From Bacteroidota bacterium (GTDB lineage: Bacteria; Bacteroidota; Bacteroidia; AKYH767-A; OLB10): a stretch of DNA of 59,250 bases. The translations under genes and the position numbers were made by a program. Every line of letters begins with the position of its first letter. Within the stretch, counting starts at the first letter, position 1. Positions 39,260 to 49,010 of the stretch are shown piece by piece. The notes below the pieces were generated by a model. The model worked only from the letters and a program-made list of their open reading frames with translations. It was not told the origin of the DNA and searched no databases. The stretch spans positions 1 through 59,250 of the forward strand of contig JBJOND010000005.1 of assembly GCA_046052065.1 (NCBI GenBank), written 5' to 3'.

Positions 39260-40447
39260 TTAGATTTTTATTCTTCGAGTGAAGGAATCGAAAGTAATTA
39301 CTGGATTTTCAAAATTGATTTTTGAAATTTGAACTAAACCTGGATTATATCCGGGTTTTATTTTACCCAATTTATTTCCTAACGACAACGCATTAGCCCC
39401 ATTTACGGTAGCCCATCTAATCAAACGTTCAAACGGAATTTGATTATTCAAGCGACTAATCAATTTTAATTCTTCCAAAAGAGACAAATTAGTATTACTT
39501 GCTAGACTATCTGTACCTATAACAACATTCAATGAATCGTTATTGAAAATTTTTAAGTCGGGGGCTTGTCCGGCGATGTATTCATTCGCTTGCACACATA
39601 AACACCAATACAAATTAGCATTTAACTGATTCGACTTTTCTATTTCTGCTAAATCAGTTTTTACATTATGCACTAAAATAAGCGGAGCTGCATTGGTTAA
39701 CTCCTTAACAACATCGATTAAAACAGTTTCTTGCGTAAGATTATCAAAATCCTGAACAGGTAATTTATATTTTTCAAATACCTCTTTCAGCGGACCTACT
39801 TTACTCTTGCAAAAAACTATTTCATCGTCGCTTTCATTGATATGAATGGATGATGGAGAGTTGCTTTTCAAATACGTATTTACAAGCTGAATTAATTTCT
39901 TACTTATCGAATATGGAGCATGCAAGGCAAGTGAAACACTTGATAAATCATTTTCTACAAACCGATTTAAAAGTTGAACACCATTTTCAAATCTACTTTC
40001 GGCTAAAGCATCCGACATTCCCATTACTTCCACGAAAGTGTGATAGTGAATTCCACTCTCCTTTTTTACATCTATTGTAATCGAAGAATTTGAAATATCC
40101 CCTACCGCAACAATGCCTTCATCATACATAGCTTTATCGTTTGCTATCATTGCTTCGCGACAAGCATCATCGTTGGTATTTGCTCTTAACGAAAAAATCT
40201 GATCGATAAATCCTGCCATGCCGTTAGTATGAGCAGTTATCTGACCCTTTAGATGAGATAACTCCAAATGACAATGTGCATTGACTAATCCAGGAATTAA
40301 TACTCCTTCAACATATTTAAAATCGTGAAAACTATCATCTTGAAAAACGGAAACTATAAGCCCATCCTCGTTTAACTCAACAATTCCCTCTCGTAAAGGA
40401 GGACCATCATTGGTAATGATTAAATCGGATTTATAGAAGATTGACAT
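39260..40447 (-). CDS. Amidohydrolase family metal-dependent deaminase (possible aminodeoxyfutalosine deaminase); start ATG 40447 or 40465
   Basis: PGLVNAHCHLELS, VGDIS, HAPYS, HINES and GTDSLASN. Confidence 0.8.
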   Translation of the reverse strand: MSIFYKSDLIITNDGPPLREGIVELNEDGLIVSVFQDDSFHDFKYVEGVLIPGLVNAHCHLELSHLKGQITAHTNGMAGFIDQIFSLRANTNDDACREAMIANDKAMYDEGIVAVGDISNSSITIDVKKESGIHYHTFVEVMGMSDALAESRFENGVQLLNRFVENDLSSVSLALHAPYSISKKLIQLVNTYLKSNSPSSIHINESDDEIVFCKSKVGPLKEVFEKYKLPVQDFDNLTQETVLIDVVKELTNAAPLILVHNVKTDLAEIEKSNQLNANLYWCLCVQANEYIAGQAPDLKIFNNDSLNVVIGTDSLASNTNLSLLEELKLISRLNNQIPFERLIRWATVNGANALSLGNKLGKIKPGYNPGLVQISKINFENPVITFDSFTRRIKI

Positions 40448-40452
40448 GGTTC

Positions 40453-40460
40453 CAAAATTA
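40453..40460 (-). promoter_or_regulatory. -7 element (TAATTTTG) of the amidohydrolase
   Basis: Matches TAnnTTTG, 5 nt before ATG 40447. Confidence 0.55.
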
Positions 40461-40495
40461 ATCAATTAGCTGTTGTTATCCATCATTCGCGATAG

Positions 40496-40503
40496 TATCT
40501 TTG
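40496..40503 (+). promoter_or_regulatory. -7 element (TATCTTTG) of rlmN
   Basis: Exact TAnnTTTG, 4 nt before ATG 40508. Confidence 0.65.
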
Positions 40504-40507
40504 CGTC

Positions 40508-41551
40508 ATGGAAAAACCAAACCTTCGTCATTTGAATTTAGATCAAATGAAAGCTTATTTTGTTGAGATTGGCGAAAAACCATTCAGAGCAAAACAGGTT
40601 TACGAATGGATTTGGAAAAAATCAGCACGTAATTTCGAACAAATGACAAATTTGTCGATTGAGACAAGAGCTAAGTTAGAAGATAAGTTTTCAATTAATC
40701 CAGTACAAGTACAGAATCATCAGAAGAGTAACGATAGAACCATTAAGAATGCTTTTCAATTACATGATGGCTTTGTGGTTGAAGGAGTGCTTATCCCTAC
40801 GGATACACGAATGACAGCTTGCGTATCATCGCAGGTTGGATGTAGTCTTACTTGTAAGTTTTGTGCTACTGGTAAATTAGACCGCGTTCGTAATTTACAT
40901 TTTGATGAAATTTATGACCAGGTAGCAATTATTCGTGAGCAGGCAATGGAAAATTACAATATCCAACTTTCGAATATTGTGTATATGGGAATGGGTGAAC
41001 CATTATTGAATTATGCGAATGTTTTAAAAAGCATCGAGCGTATTACTGCACCCGATGGACTAAACATGTCGCATAACCGAATTACTGTTTCTACAGCCGG
41101 TGTTGCGAAGATGATTAAAAAGCTTGGCGATGACGAGGTGAAATTTAATCTTGCTTTATCATTACACGCTGCAAACGATGCGAAGAGAAGTCAGATAATG
41201 CCGATTAATGATTCGAATTCATTAGAAGTATTAGAAGAAGCTCTAAAATATTTTTACGATAAAACAGGAACGCGTATTACGTTAGAGTATATCGTATTTA
41301 AAGACTTCAACGATTCACTTCAAGATGCGAAAGAGCTTGCTTTATTTGCTAGAAAAGTTCCTTCAAAAATTAATTTAATTGAATACAACTCGATTGGTGA
41401 TTCGATGTTCACGAATACATCAGAAGATAAACTAAATAAGTTCTTTCAGTATTTAGCGAAAGAAGGTCTTATTGTTAATTTGAGAAGAAGTAGAGGAAAA
41501 GATATTGATGCAGCCTGCGGACAATTAGCCAACAAGAGCGCTATCAAATAA
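40508..41551 (+). CDS. rlmN: 23S rRNA (adenine(2503)-C2)-methyltransferase
   Basis: CVSSQVGCSLTCKFCATG (CxxxCxxC), MGMGEPL and AACGQL. Confidence 0.96.
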   Translation: MEKPNLRHLNLDQMKAYFVEIGEKPFRAKQVYEWIWKKSARNFEQMTNLSIETRAKLEDKFSINPVQVQNHQKSNDRTIKNAFQLHDGFVVEGVLIPTDTRMTACVSSQVGCSLTCKFCATGKLDRVRNLHFDEIYDQVAIIREQAMENYNIQLSNIVYMGMGEPLLNYANVLKSIERITAPDGLNMSHNRITVSTAGVAKMIKKLGDDEVKFNLALSLHAANDAKRSQIMPINDSNSLEVLEEALKYFYDKTGTRITLEYIVFKDFNDSLQDAKELALFARKVPSKINLIEYNSIGDSMFTNTSEDKLNKFFQYLAKEGLIVNLRRSRGKDIDAACGQLANKSAIK

Positions 41552-41553
41552 AT

Positions 41554-42147
41554 TTATTGAGCAATATTTTTCATGTATTGCGCTACGTACTTTCCGATAA
41601 TATCAAATTCAAGATTTACCGTATCCCCTGCTTTTAAATATCGAAAAGTGGTATGCTCATACGTAAACGGAATGATTGCTACAGAAAAACTTCCTTTCGA
41701 TGATTCTACCACAGTTAGGCTAACACCATTCACGCAGATAGAACCTTTACTTACCGTGTAATGCGGACTGTTTGCATCATACTTAAAATAAAATATCCAG
41801 CTTCCTTCCATTTCATCAACTTGCGACAACGTTGCGGTTTCATCTACATGTCCTTGCACCATATGTCCATCGAGGCGAGCCCCCGTAACCATACAGCGTT
41901 CAACATTTACGCGAGTACCAACTTCCCATTTACCCAAATTCGTTTTTGACAATGTTTCAGAAATGGCAGTAACGTAATAAGTATTGTTTGCAATTTCGAT
42001 TACAGTTAAGCAAACACCATTGTGTGCTACACTCTGATCTATTTTAAGTTCGTTCGTAAATGAGCATTTAAATCCGAAGGTAATATTACTTTGCGATTGC
42101 TTTATTTCTACCACTTCGGCAATCGACTCGATGATTCCTGTAAACAT
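41554..42147 (-). CDS. ribE: Riboflavin synthase (alpha type); start ATG 42147
   Basis: Diagnostic MFTGII N-terminus, NGVCLT / NGVSLT duplication and GHMVQGHVD. Confidence 0.95.
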   Translation of the reverse strand: MFTGIIESIAEVVEIKQSQSNITFGFKCSFTNELKIDQSVAHNGVCLTVIEIANNTYYVTAISETLSKTNLGKWEVGTRVNVERCMVTGARLDGHMVQGHVDETATLSQVDEMEGSWIFYFKYDANSPHYTVSKGSICVNGVSLTVVESSKGSFSVAIIPFTYEHTTFRYLKAGDTVNLEFDIIGKYVAQYMKNIAQ

Positions 42148-42590
42148 GTTGTAAAGATAGTAAAGGATTGAACTTTTTTTGATTTTATAAAATCTGAACT
42201 CAACTTTTATCAAAATTAACTTTTTAGCTTAAGTGATGAAATTGTTCAATCTAATGCTAATGAATACTAATCGTAGATATCAATTAGATTTTAAAATCAT
42301 TATTAATGATACTGCTAAATGGATTATTAACAAAAAATAAAACTTATAACATGTCCATTTATATTAAAATTAAATAATATAGATGAAAGCAAAATCTGAC
42401 GTTTTTTGGAAGAACTTTGAAAATTTCAAAAAATGATTTTTTTAGTTTTTTGAACGAAAAAACCTGTTGTTTTAATTTCTAAACAACTGAATATCAGTAG
42501 ATAAAATAATAATAAAAGACCGAGATTTGCCGTTTTTAATGAATTAAAAAATAAGTAAAATTACTTATTGTTTTGAGTTATTTGCCACTT

Positions 42591-42598
42591 TAAATTTG
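42591..42598 (+). promoter_or_regulatory. -7 element (TAAATTTG) of the T9SS gene pair
   Basis: Matches TAnnTTTG, with TTG at 42568-42570 about 20 nt upstream (possible -33). Confidence 0.5.
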
Positions 42599-42618
42599 AA
42601 TACCAAAGACTTCAAACT

Positions 42619-45516
42619 ATGAAAAAAATCAACTACTTACTAGCACTTTGGTGCATTTTATTAAATTCTGCATTAGCAATCGGACAAAATTGTAATCCCA
42701 TGTTAAATGGTAAACATAGTATGTGCGAGTCTCAAAAACAATTCACTTATAATATTGATAATTTTATCAGTGGTGGTATTTATTGGGCAGTAGTGACTGG
42801 ATTTAACGCTGGGAATAATGTAATATTAAATGACACAATAACTATAACTGGAAATAGCTTCACAGCAGATACATTAAATAACAATTCTAATTTAGATTAT
42901 GCAATGATTGTTTTGCATCAGACAAGCCCTTGCAATGTAACCGATACATTGTTCTTACAGCCATGTTGCTATCATGACTATATTCCACAATTAGTAGATG
43001 TAACACCAGATAAAATTCCAAATATATCAGCAATAGGCACTAATTTTATATATGACCCTTTATTAGATACAACTCAAAATGATACTATTGAAATACACGG
43101 ACAATTATTAATTAACCATAATCTGGAAATCAGTAATACAACAATACTTGTTGACCAGGGAGGAATTATCAATGTTATGCCCAATATGGGGTTTGGATTA
43201 ATAAATTCCACCATTCAAGCAGGGTGCGGGCATTTGTGGCAAGGCATACATGCTCAGGATCAAAGTACAATTAAAATACGAGACGGTAGTACAATAAGAG
43301 ATGCAGAATACGGACTTTATTACAAAGGGACTATTACAGGTGATTTTAATAATGATTCAGTCAATGCTAGTAGTTTTTTGGATAATTATATTGCTGTTTA
43401 TTCTCCTGAAAACCCTTTTGGTAACAACTTGAATTTTGGAGGTGCCACAGGACCTGGAATTTCAATAAATAACAATGCTATTTTATTACCCAATTATTGG
43501 GGGCAACAAACTAGACCACAAGGTAAAAGTTTTGCTGGATTTTATCTATATGACAATCCGAATTTTAATAACCTAATAAATAATGATGCGATGCAAATTA
43601 ATATTCAGAACATGAATATTGGTATTGCTAATATTAGAGGGTCAATAACACTTCCAGAACGTGTTACCATACTTAATACATTTCCAATAACCGCTTATAC
43701 CAATACACGAATTTATAATGGTAGTGCTATCTATTGTGAAGGAACATCCAACCAAGAACAAACAATCAATTTTGGCCAGTTGTTTACAACCAATAATAAC
43801 CTAATAAATAACTGCAAGTATGGTGTAAATGCTTTTAAAAATGTAAATGTTTATTGTTATAAAAACAATATAAATAATGTCTATTCATTAGGTGGAGTGC
43901 GAGTAGATAATTTTAATATTTCAAATAAAACAATTAAAATTTTTGGTAACAATTTCGATTCACGCTTTTACTGCGCTATTTATTGCAAAAGATTTATTGC
44001 TGCTTCTTTAGAAATTGACAGCAATACATTTAATACTGGTACTTATTTCAGTTTTAATTCTTATAACTATAATTTAGAGAATGTAGCAATTCGTTTAGCA
44101 TTTGTATCTCCTACTACTATTAATGGTCATATTCAAAACAACACTTTTAACGCGGCTAGAATAGGTATATATGCCAGCAATATTAGAGGGCTTGGCAATG
44201 ATACTACAAGCATGTTTCCTATAAGGTTTAATAGTTTTAATTTAAATCATACACCAACACCAAGTGTTTCTGAAAACCCATTTCATGTAGGAATTTGCTT
44301 AGAAAACGCTAACAAAGTATTTGTTAATTCGAATAATATATTTCAAACGACCCCCCTAAATATTACTAATAAAGATTATATTAACCAGCTGATTGGTATT
44401 AAACTAGTTAATTGCAGTGGAAGTAATTCAATTATTAGCGAAAACATTTTAAATAAAATGGGAAGTGGCTTGTTTATCAAAGATGATTGTGTTGGCTCAA
44501 ATATTTATTGTAATAACTTTGTAGGAGATCCATCTACTCCTTTAACAGGGTTTTTAAATGGTATTTATTTTAGCAAAGCAAAGTTAGCCGATCAAGGCAA
44601 GCCTTTAATGCCCTATAATAACTTTTTTACCTCTTTTAAAATCAATATTTCTAAATTTGGAGGTACGGTAGATGCCGTTAGTTGGTATTTATCTGGCAGT
44701 TCACCAATTATACCCATTAGTGTTAATCCAATTAATAATTTTATTGTACACATTACTAATGTTGCTCAAAATTCATTCTGTGGTCAATCAAACTCCACTT
44801 TAACAGATGCTATTTATGAACGTGTTCGCCAAATAATTTATAATGAAATAGAATATGATGAAAACATAGAAGAAAATCATTATTTAGATAAAGTATTTGC
44901 TTACTCAGTAATCTCAAATGACTCTACTCTTCAAGCGTTAGATCAAAACTATGTAGATTTTATTAACTTGCATCGTCAAGATAATATAGGGAATTATGTA
45001 GATGCAATAGCACTAAGCAATGAAAAAACCGTTATTGACGCCTTATATCGATTAAACAATATGATTTCCAATAATACAATTGAAGAGAACAACCTAATAG
45101 TGGATAGGATAGCACTATCATTAATTGCAGAAGATAGAGACCCTACCGAAAATGAAATACAAGTCTTAGAAGCAATCGCAAATACAGATGAATTAATTGG
45201 TGGACCAGGAGTTAGAAATAGCCGCACCTTACTTGACCGCGAATATCATATCAATAATTTTAATTTAAGAAAAAGCAATACTTCAACAAATAATGTTACT
45301 GAAATATTAAATCTTGAACAAATAGCGCAATTAAATGATTTACAAAAAGAATTTGTACGTTTAGAAGTTTTTGACTTGGCTGGTAAATTAATTTATCAAA
45401 ACACTTTAATGAGTTGGGGCAAAGACAAATTAAAGTACCCTAATTCCTTATTCCTTATTAAATATTACTATGAAAATCGATATATCGGTAGTAAAAAAGA
45501 ACTTAACACCAAATAA
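42619..45516 (+). CDS. Large secreted Asn/Ile-rich protein with a parallel beta-helix-like region and a degenerate T9SS-like C-terminus
   Basis: Signal peptide; recurring N.I.NN/G+ beta-helix-like patterns; a helical region; C-terminal EVFDLAGKLIY...LFLIKY...SKK. Confidence 0.6.
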   Translation: MKKINYLLALWCILLNSALAIGQNCNPMLNGKHSMCESQKQFTYNIDNFISGGIYWAVVTGFNAGNNVILNDTITITGNSFTADTLNNNSNLDYAMIVLHQTSPCNVTDTLFLQPCCYHDYIPQLVDVTPDKIPNISAIGTNFIYDPLLDTTQNDTIEIHGQLLINHNLEISNTTILVDQGGIINVMPNMGFGLINSTIQAGCGHLWQGIHAQDQSTIKIRDGSTIRDAEYGLYYKGTITGDFNNDSVNASSFLDNYIAVYSPENPFGNNLNFGGATGPGISINNNAILLPNYWGQQTRPQGKSFAGFYLYDNPNFNNLINNDAMQINIQNMNIGIANIRGSITLPERVTILNTFPITAYTNTRIYNGSAIYCEGTSNQEQTINFGQLFTTNNNLINNCKYGVNAFKNVNVYCYKNNINNVYSLGGVRVDNFNISNKTIKIFGNNFDSRFYCAIYCKRFIAASLEIDSNTFNTGTYFSFNSYNYNLENVAIRLAFVSPTTINGHIQNNTFNAARIGIYASNIRGLGNDTTSMFPIRFNSFNLNHTPTPSVSENPFHVGICLENANKVFVNSNNIFQTTPLNITNKDYINQLIGIKLVNCSGSNSIISENILNKMGSGLFIKDDCVGSNIYCNNFVGDPSTPLTGFLNGIYFSKAKLADQGKPLMPYNNFFTSFKINISKFGGTVDAVSWYLSGSSPIIPISVNPINNFIVHITNVAQNSFCGQSNSTLTDAIYERVRQIIYNEIEYDENIEENHYLDKVFAYSVISNDSTLQALDQNYVDFINLHRQDNIGNYVDAIALSNEKTVIDALYRLNNMISNNTIEENNLIVDRIALSLIAEDRDPTENEIQVLEAIANTDELIGGPGVRNSRTLLDREYHINNFNLRKSNTSTNNVTEILNLEQIAQLNDLQKEFVRLEVFDLAGKLIYQNTLMSWGKDKLKYPNSLFLIKYYYENRYIGSKKELNTK

Positions 45517-45524
45517 TTCAAACG

Positions 45525-46679
45525 ATGAAAAATATAAAACACTATTTGACAATTATATTTGTGATAAGTGTCAAAATAAATACATATGGGCAAATATCTC
45601 CTAATAAAATAAATGATACTGCTGCATGTTACAATATACCCTGTAATCCCAATACATTTTGGCTAAAATATTATCTTGGACCACCAGTTGACTCATTCAG
45701 AATAGCAGAATACACCCTAGTAAATAATACAATTTCTTTAGTTACATTGAATAAAACAGGTACCGCGTCATATTCTTCATCTTTAGCTTTCGTAAATTTA
45801 GAATTCCCAAGTTCATGTAGAACGTTTTATGAATTGGACACTGCTTATTTAAGGCGGTTTAATACCAATTCAAATAATTGGGAAGCAATTAATGTCAATT
45901 TAAATTTTCCTTGTGGCTCATTGACAGGTAATGACAATTTTATAGTTGCTGAAGCTCTTTCACCTGTAAGTGGTTCGGGGTGGGCATCAGATTTCGTACG
46001 ATTAAAATATAACAATTTGAATCAAATTGCAGATACCATCATTTATCCATGGAATCCAAATGAATTAATTATTGCTCAATTAGCAATAGATAATTTAAAT
46101 CAAATTTGGTTTTTTGACCATATTGGTAGCAGCAGTGGTTATTGGGTTGCTACCAACTTAAAATGCATCGACGAAATAGGTAATTTAATTCATGACTATC
46201 CATTGAATTTTTACTGCGACCTATATGGTGCTCACGGGGTGTTTATTATGAACAATAAAATTTATGTAGGGACAGATGCAAGCAATGGTCCTTCACCCAC
46301 TGATTTAATTCCCTTCTCAATAATTAATGACACAGTAGTTCGTGAACCTCCCATTAATTTTATTGCACCTCCAAATAGAAAAAATATGGCAACCTGTTTC
46401 AATGGCACCTTGGTAAGTGTAAATGAAATACCACCTTCACTAAAAGAACTGTCGGTTTATCCCAACCCTGCTAATTCTAATTTTACAATTTATTTACCTT
46501 ATAAAACTTCGGCGCAAGCCCAAATAACCGTTAGTAATTCACAAGGGCAACTTGTTTATTCTTCGCCTGCGATTGATTATAACACTATCAACTGCTCCAC
46601 TTGGTCACGTGGGGTTTACCTCATCAATCTTCATGAAAATGGCAAAATAATAACTAGCAAAAAAATAGTGCTGGAGTAA
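45525..46679 (+). CDS. T9SS type A sorting domain-containing protein
   Basis: Signal peptide and a canonical CTD: LSVYPNPANSNFTI...NSQGQLV...GVYLI...SKKIVLE. Confidence 0.85.
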   Translation: MKNIKHYLTIIFVISVKINTYGQISPNKINDTAACYNIPCNPNTFWLKYYLGPPVDSFRIAEYTLVNNTISLVTLNKTGTASYSSSLAFVNLEFPSSCRTFYELDTAYLRRFNTNSNNWEAINVNLNFPCGSLTGNDNFIVAEALSPVSGSGWASDFVRLKYNNLNQIADTIIYPWNPNELIIAQLAIDNLNQIWFFDHIGSSSGYWVATNLKCIDEIGNLIHDYPLNFYCDLYGAHGVFIMNNKIYVGTDASNGPSPTDLIPFSIINDTVVREPPINFIAPPNRKNMATCFNGTLVSVNEIPPSLKELSVYPNPANSNFTIYLPYKTSAQAQITVSNSQGQLVYSSPAIDYNTINCSTWSRGVYLINLHENGKIITSKKIVLE

Positions 46680-46718
46680 TTATAAAAAAGTAATAAGTAA
46701 TTCGTTTTTCAAAATACC

Positions 46719-46743
46719 AAGGAATCTTCGGATTCCTTTTTTT
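46719..46743 (+). terminator. Intrinsic terminator
   Basis: AAGGAATC-TTCG-GATTCCTT followed by a T-run. Confidence 0.85.
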
Positions 46744-46856
46744 GTCGTTGTAATTTATTATTTTAAAAATATGCTTATTAAACTTAATAGAAAATAAATT
46801 CTAAAAAACGGCTAATGCTTATCGAGGCTTCAGAAATCAAATTGTTAAATTATTTC

Positions 46857-46864
46857 TACATTTG
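46857..46864 (+). promoter_or_regulatory. -7 element (TACATTTG) of the S9 peptidase
   Basis: Exact TAnnTTTG, 4 nt before ATG 46869. Confidence 0.6.
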
Positions 46865-46868
46865 CTCT

Positions 46869-49007
46869 ATGACAAAATCACATCAATTGAGAGCGGCATT
46901 TATTGCATTATTAGTTATTGTTTCTACTGGAACTTTTGCACAAAAGAAAAATTTAACGTTGGATGAAGCTGTAATGCAACAACGCTCTACCCTTGCACCT
47001 AAACGACTAGCACAACTGCAGTGGGTGGCGAATACTAATTCGTATAGTTACACAGAAGTTGATAAACTGATTGTTGAAAGCATTACGAATACAACAAAAA
47101 AAGAATATCTATTAGCTGATATAAATTCAGTTTTAAAAGGTGCTAAACAAGATACACTTTCGCGATGGTCGCTAATAGTTTGGAAAAGTGTTAACGCAAT
47201 TGAAATTCAAGTTGGAGATAATTCAATTACGATTGATCTATCAAGCAAAAAAATCACAAACACTAAAACAAGTACACTCACTGAAACAGCAGAAGTACCA
47301 GAAAATGGTCCGCAGGGAGATGTGGCTTATGTAATAAATAATAATATTTTCATCGATGGGAAACAAATCACTACCGATGGTAAGCGTGAATTAGTTTATG
47401 GCAAGAGTGTACACCGTGAAGAATTCGGAATTGAAAAAGGATTGTTCTGGTCGAACAGTGGAACTCAACTTGCTTTCTACAGAATGGACCAAAGCATGGT
47501 CGCTGATTATCCAATTATCAACTGGAACGATAAACCAGCATCAGAAAAATTAATTAAATATCCTTTTTCAGGAGCAACCAGCCATGAGGTAACGATTGGA
47601 GTTTATAATAAATCAAATGGCAATACAACTTACTTAAAAACGGGATTACCGAAAGATCATTACTTAACAAATATTGCTTGGAGTCCGGATGATAAAACAA
47701 TTTACGTTGCAGAAGTAAATCGTAATCAAAATGAAATGAACCTTAATAGCTATAATGCAACTACAGGAGATTTCATCAAAACATTGTTTACTGAAAAAGA
47801 TGATAAATATACTGAGCCATTACACCCAGTGCAATTTTTACCAACGAATGCGAATCAGTTCATCTGGCAAAGTAGAAGAGATGGATTTAATCATATGTAC
47901 TTGTATGATACCAATGGAAAATTAATTCGTCAGTTGACAAAAGGAAATTGGGAAGTAATTGATGTAGCAGGCTTCAATAAAAAAGGAGATAAAATTTATT
48001 TTACTTCTACCATTAATAGCGGTGTAAACAGAGATTTCTGCTCAACAACAATTAGCAATGGCAAAACAAGTCGTTTAACATCAGGCGATGGTGTTCACAC
48101 AGCCTTCTTCAATGCTGAAACAGAAAACTTCATTGATAATTTCAGTTCGTTAAATACACCAAGGATTATAAAAGTTGTTTCATCGCAAGGGAAGGATATC
48201 AAAACACTTTTAACAGCGGAGAATCCTTTAAAAGATTATGCAATCGGAACTACTAAACTATTCACGCTAAAATCGCAATTAGGTGATGACCTATTTTGTC
48301 GTATGGTGTTGCCTGTCGATTTTGATTCTACAAAAAAATACCCAGTGATTGTTTATGTATATGGTGGTCCACATGCGCAAATGATTACGAATACATGGCT
48401 TGCTGGTGGCGACTTATGGTATCAGTACATGGCGGAGAAAGGATACATCGTATTTACTTTAGATAATCACGGAAGTGGTAACCGAGGTAAAGCATTTGAG
48501 CAAGCTACTTTCCGCCAGCTTGGAACCGTTGAAATGATGGACCAACTAACGGGAGTGGATTACCTAAAATCGTTATCCTATGTAGATGCTACTCGCATGG
48601 GTGTTCATGGATGGAGCTTTGGTGGATTTATGACAACCTCATTGATGACAAGAAATCCGGATGTGTTTAAAGTAGGTGTTGCTGGAGGACCAGTAATCGA
48701 CTGGAGTTATTACGAAGTAATGTACACCGAGCGTTACATGGATACACCGGAGCAAAATCCCGAAGGATATAAAAACAATAACCTTTTAAATTACGTTGAT
48801 AAACTTAAAGGAAAACTATTATTGATCCATGGTACGTCTGACGATGTAGTTGTTTGGCAACATAGTTTAATGTTTGTGAAGAAAGCGGTAAGCAAGAATA
48901 TTCTATTAGATTATTTCCCTTACCCAGGCCATTTGCACAATGTAATTGGAAAAGACAGAGTGCATTTAATGGGAAAGATTTCTCAATACTTCGAAGAAAA
49001 TCTTTAA
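46869..49007 (+). CDS. S9 family dipeptidyl-peptidase IV (start probably ATG 46869)
   Basis: Signal peptide, DPP-IV N-terminal propeller (HREEFGIEKGLFWS), YGGPHAQ, GWSFGG nucleophile and HGTSDD. Confidence 0.92.
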   Translation: MTKSHQLRAAFIALLVIVSTGTFAQKKNLTLDEAVMQQRSTLAPKRLAQLQWVANTNSYSYTEVDKLIVESITNTTKKEYLLADINSVLKGAKQDTLSRWSLIVWKSVNAIEIQVGDNSITIDLSSKKITNTKTSTLTETAEVPENGPQGDVAYVINNNIFIDGKQITTDGKRELVYGKSVHREEFGIEKGLFWSNSGTQLAFYRMDQSMVADYPIINWNDKPASEKLIKYPFSGATSHEVTIGVYNKSNGNTTYLKTGLPKDHYLTNIAWSPDDKTIYVAEVNRNQNEMNLNSYNATTGDFIKTLFTEKDDKYTEPLHPVQFLPTNANQFIWQSRRDGFNHMYLYDTNGKLIRQLTKGNWEVIDVAGFNKKGDKIYFTSTINSGVNRDFCSTTISNGKTSRLTSGDGVHTAFFNAETENFIDNFSSLNTPRIIKVVSSQGKDIKTLLTAENPLKDYAIGTTKLFTLKSQLGDDLFCRMVLPVDFDSTKKYPVIVYVYGGPHAQMITNTWLAGGDLWYQYMAEKGYIVFTLDNHGSGNRGKAFEQATFRQLGTVEMMDQLTGVDYLKSLSYVDATRMGVHGWSFGGFMTTSLMTRNPDVFKVGVAGGPVIDWSYYEVMYTERYMDTPEQNPEGYKNNNLLNYVDKLKGKLLLIHGTSDDVVVWQHSLMFVKKAVSKNILLDYFPYPGHLHNVIGKDRVHLMGKISQYFEENL

Positions 49008-49010
49008 GAT

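Noticed and set aside
42236-42340. 34-codon ORF MKLFNLMLMNTNRRYQLDFKIIINDTAKWIINKK in the AT-rich gap
   Set aside because: No recognisable motif or promoter support; it cannot be distinguished from chance.
42148-42618. FMN riboswitch upstream of riboflavin synthase
   Set aside because: The region is extremely AT-rich and lacks the conserved GC-rich RFN core.
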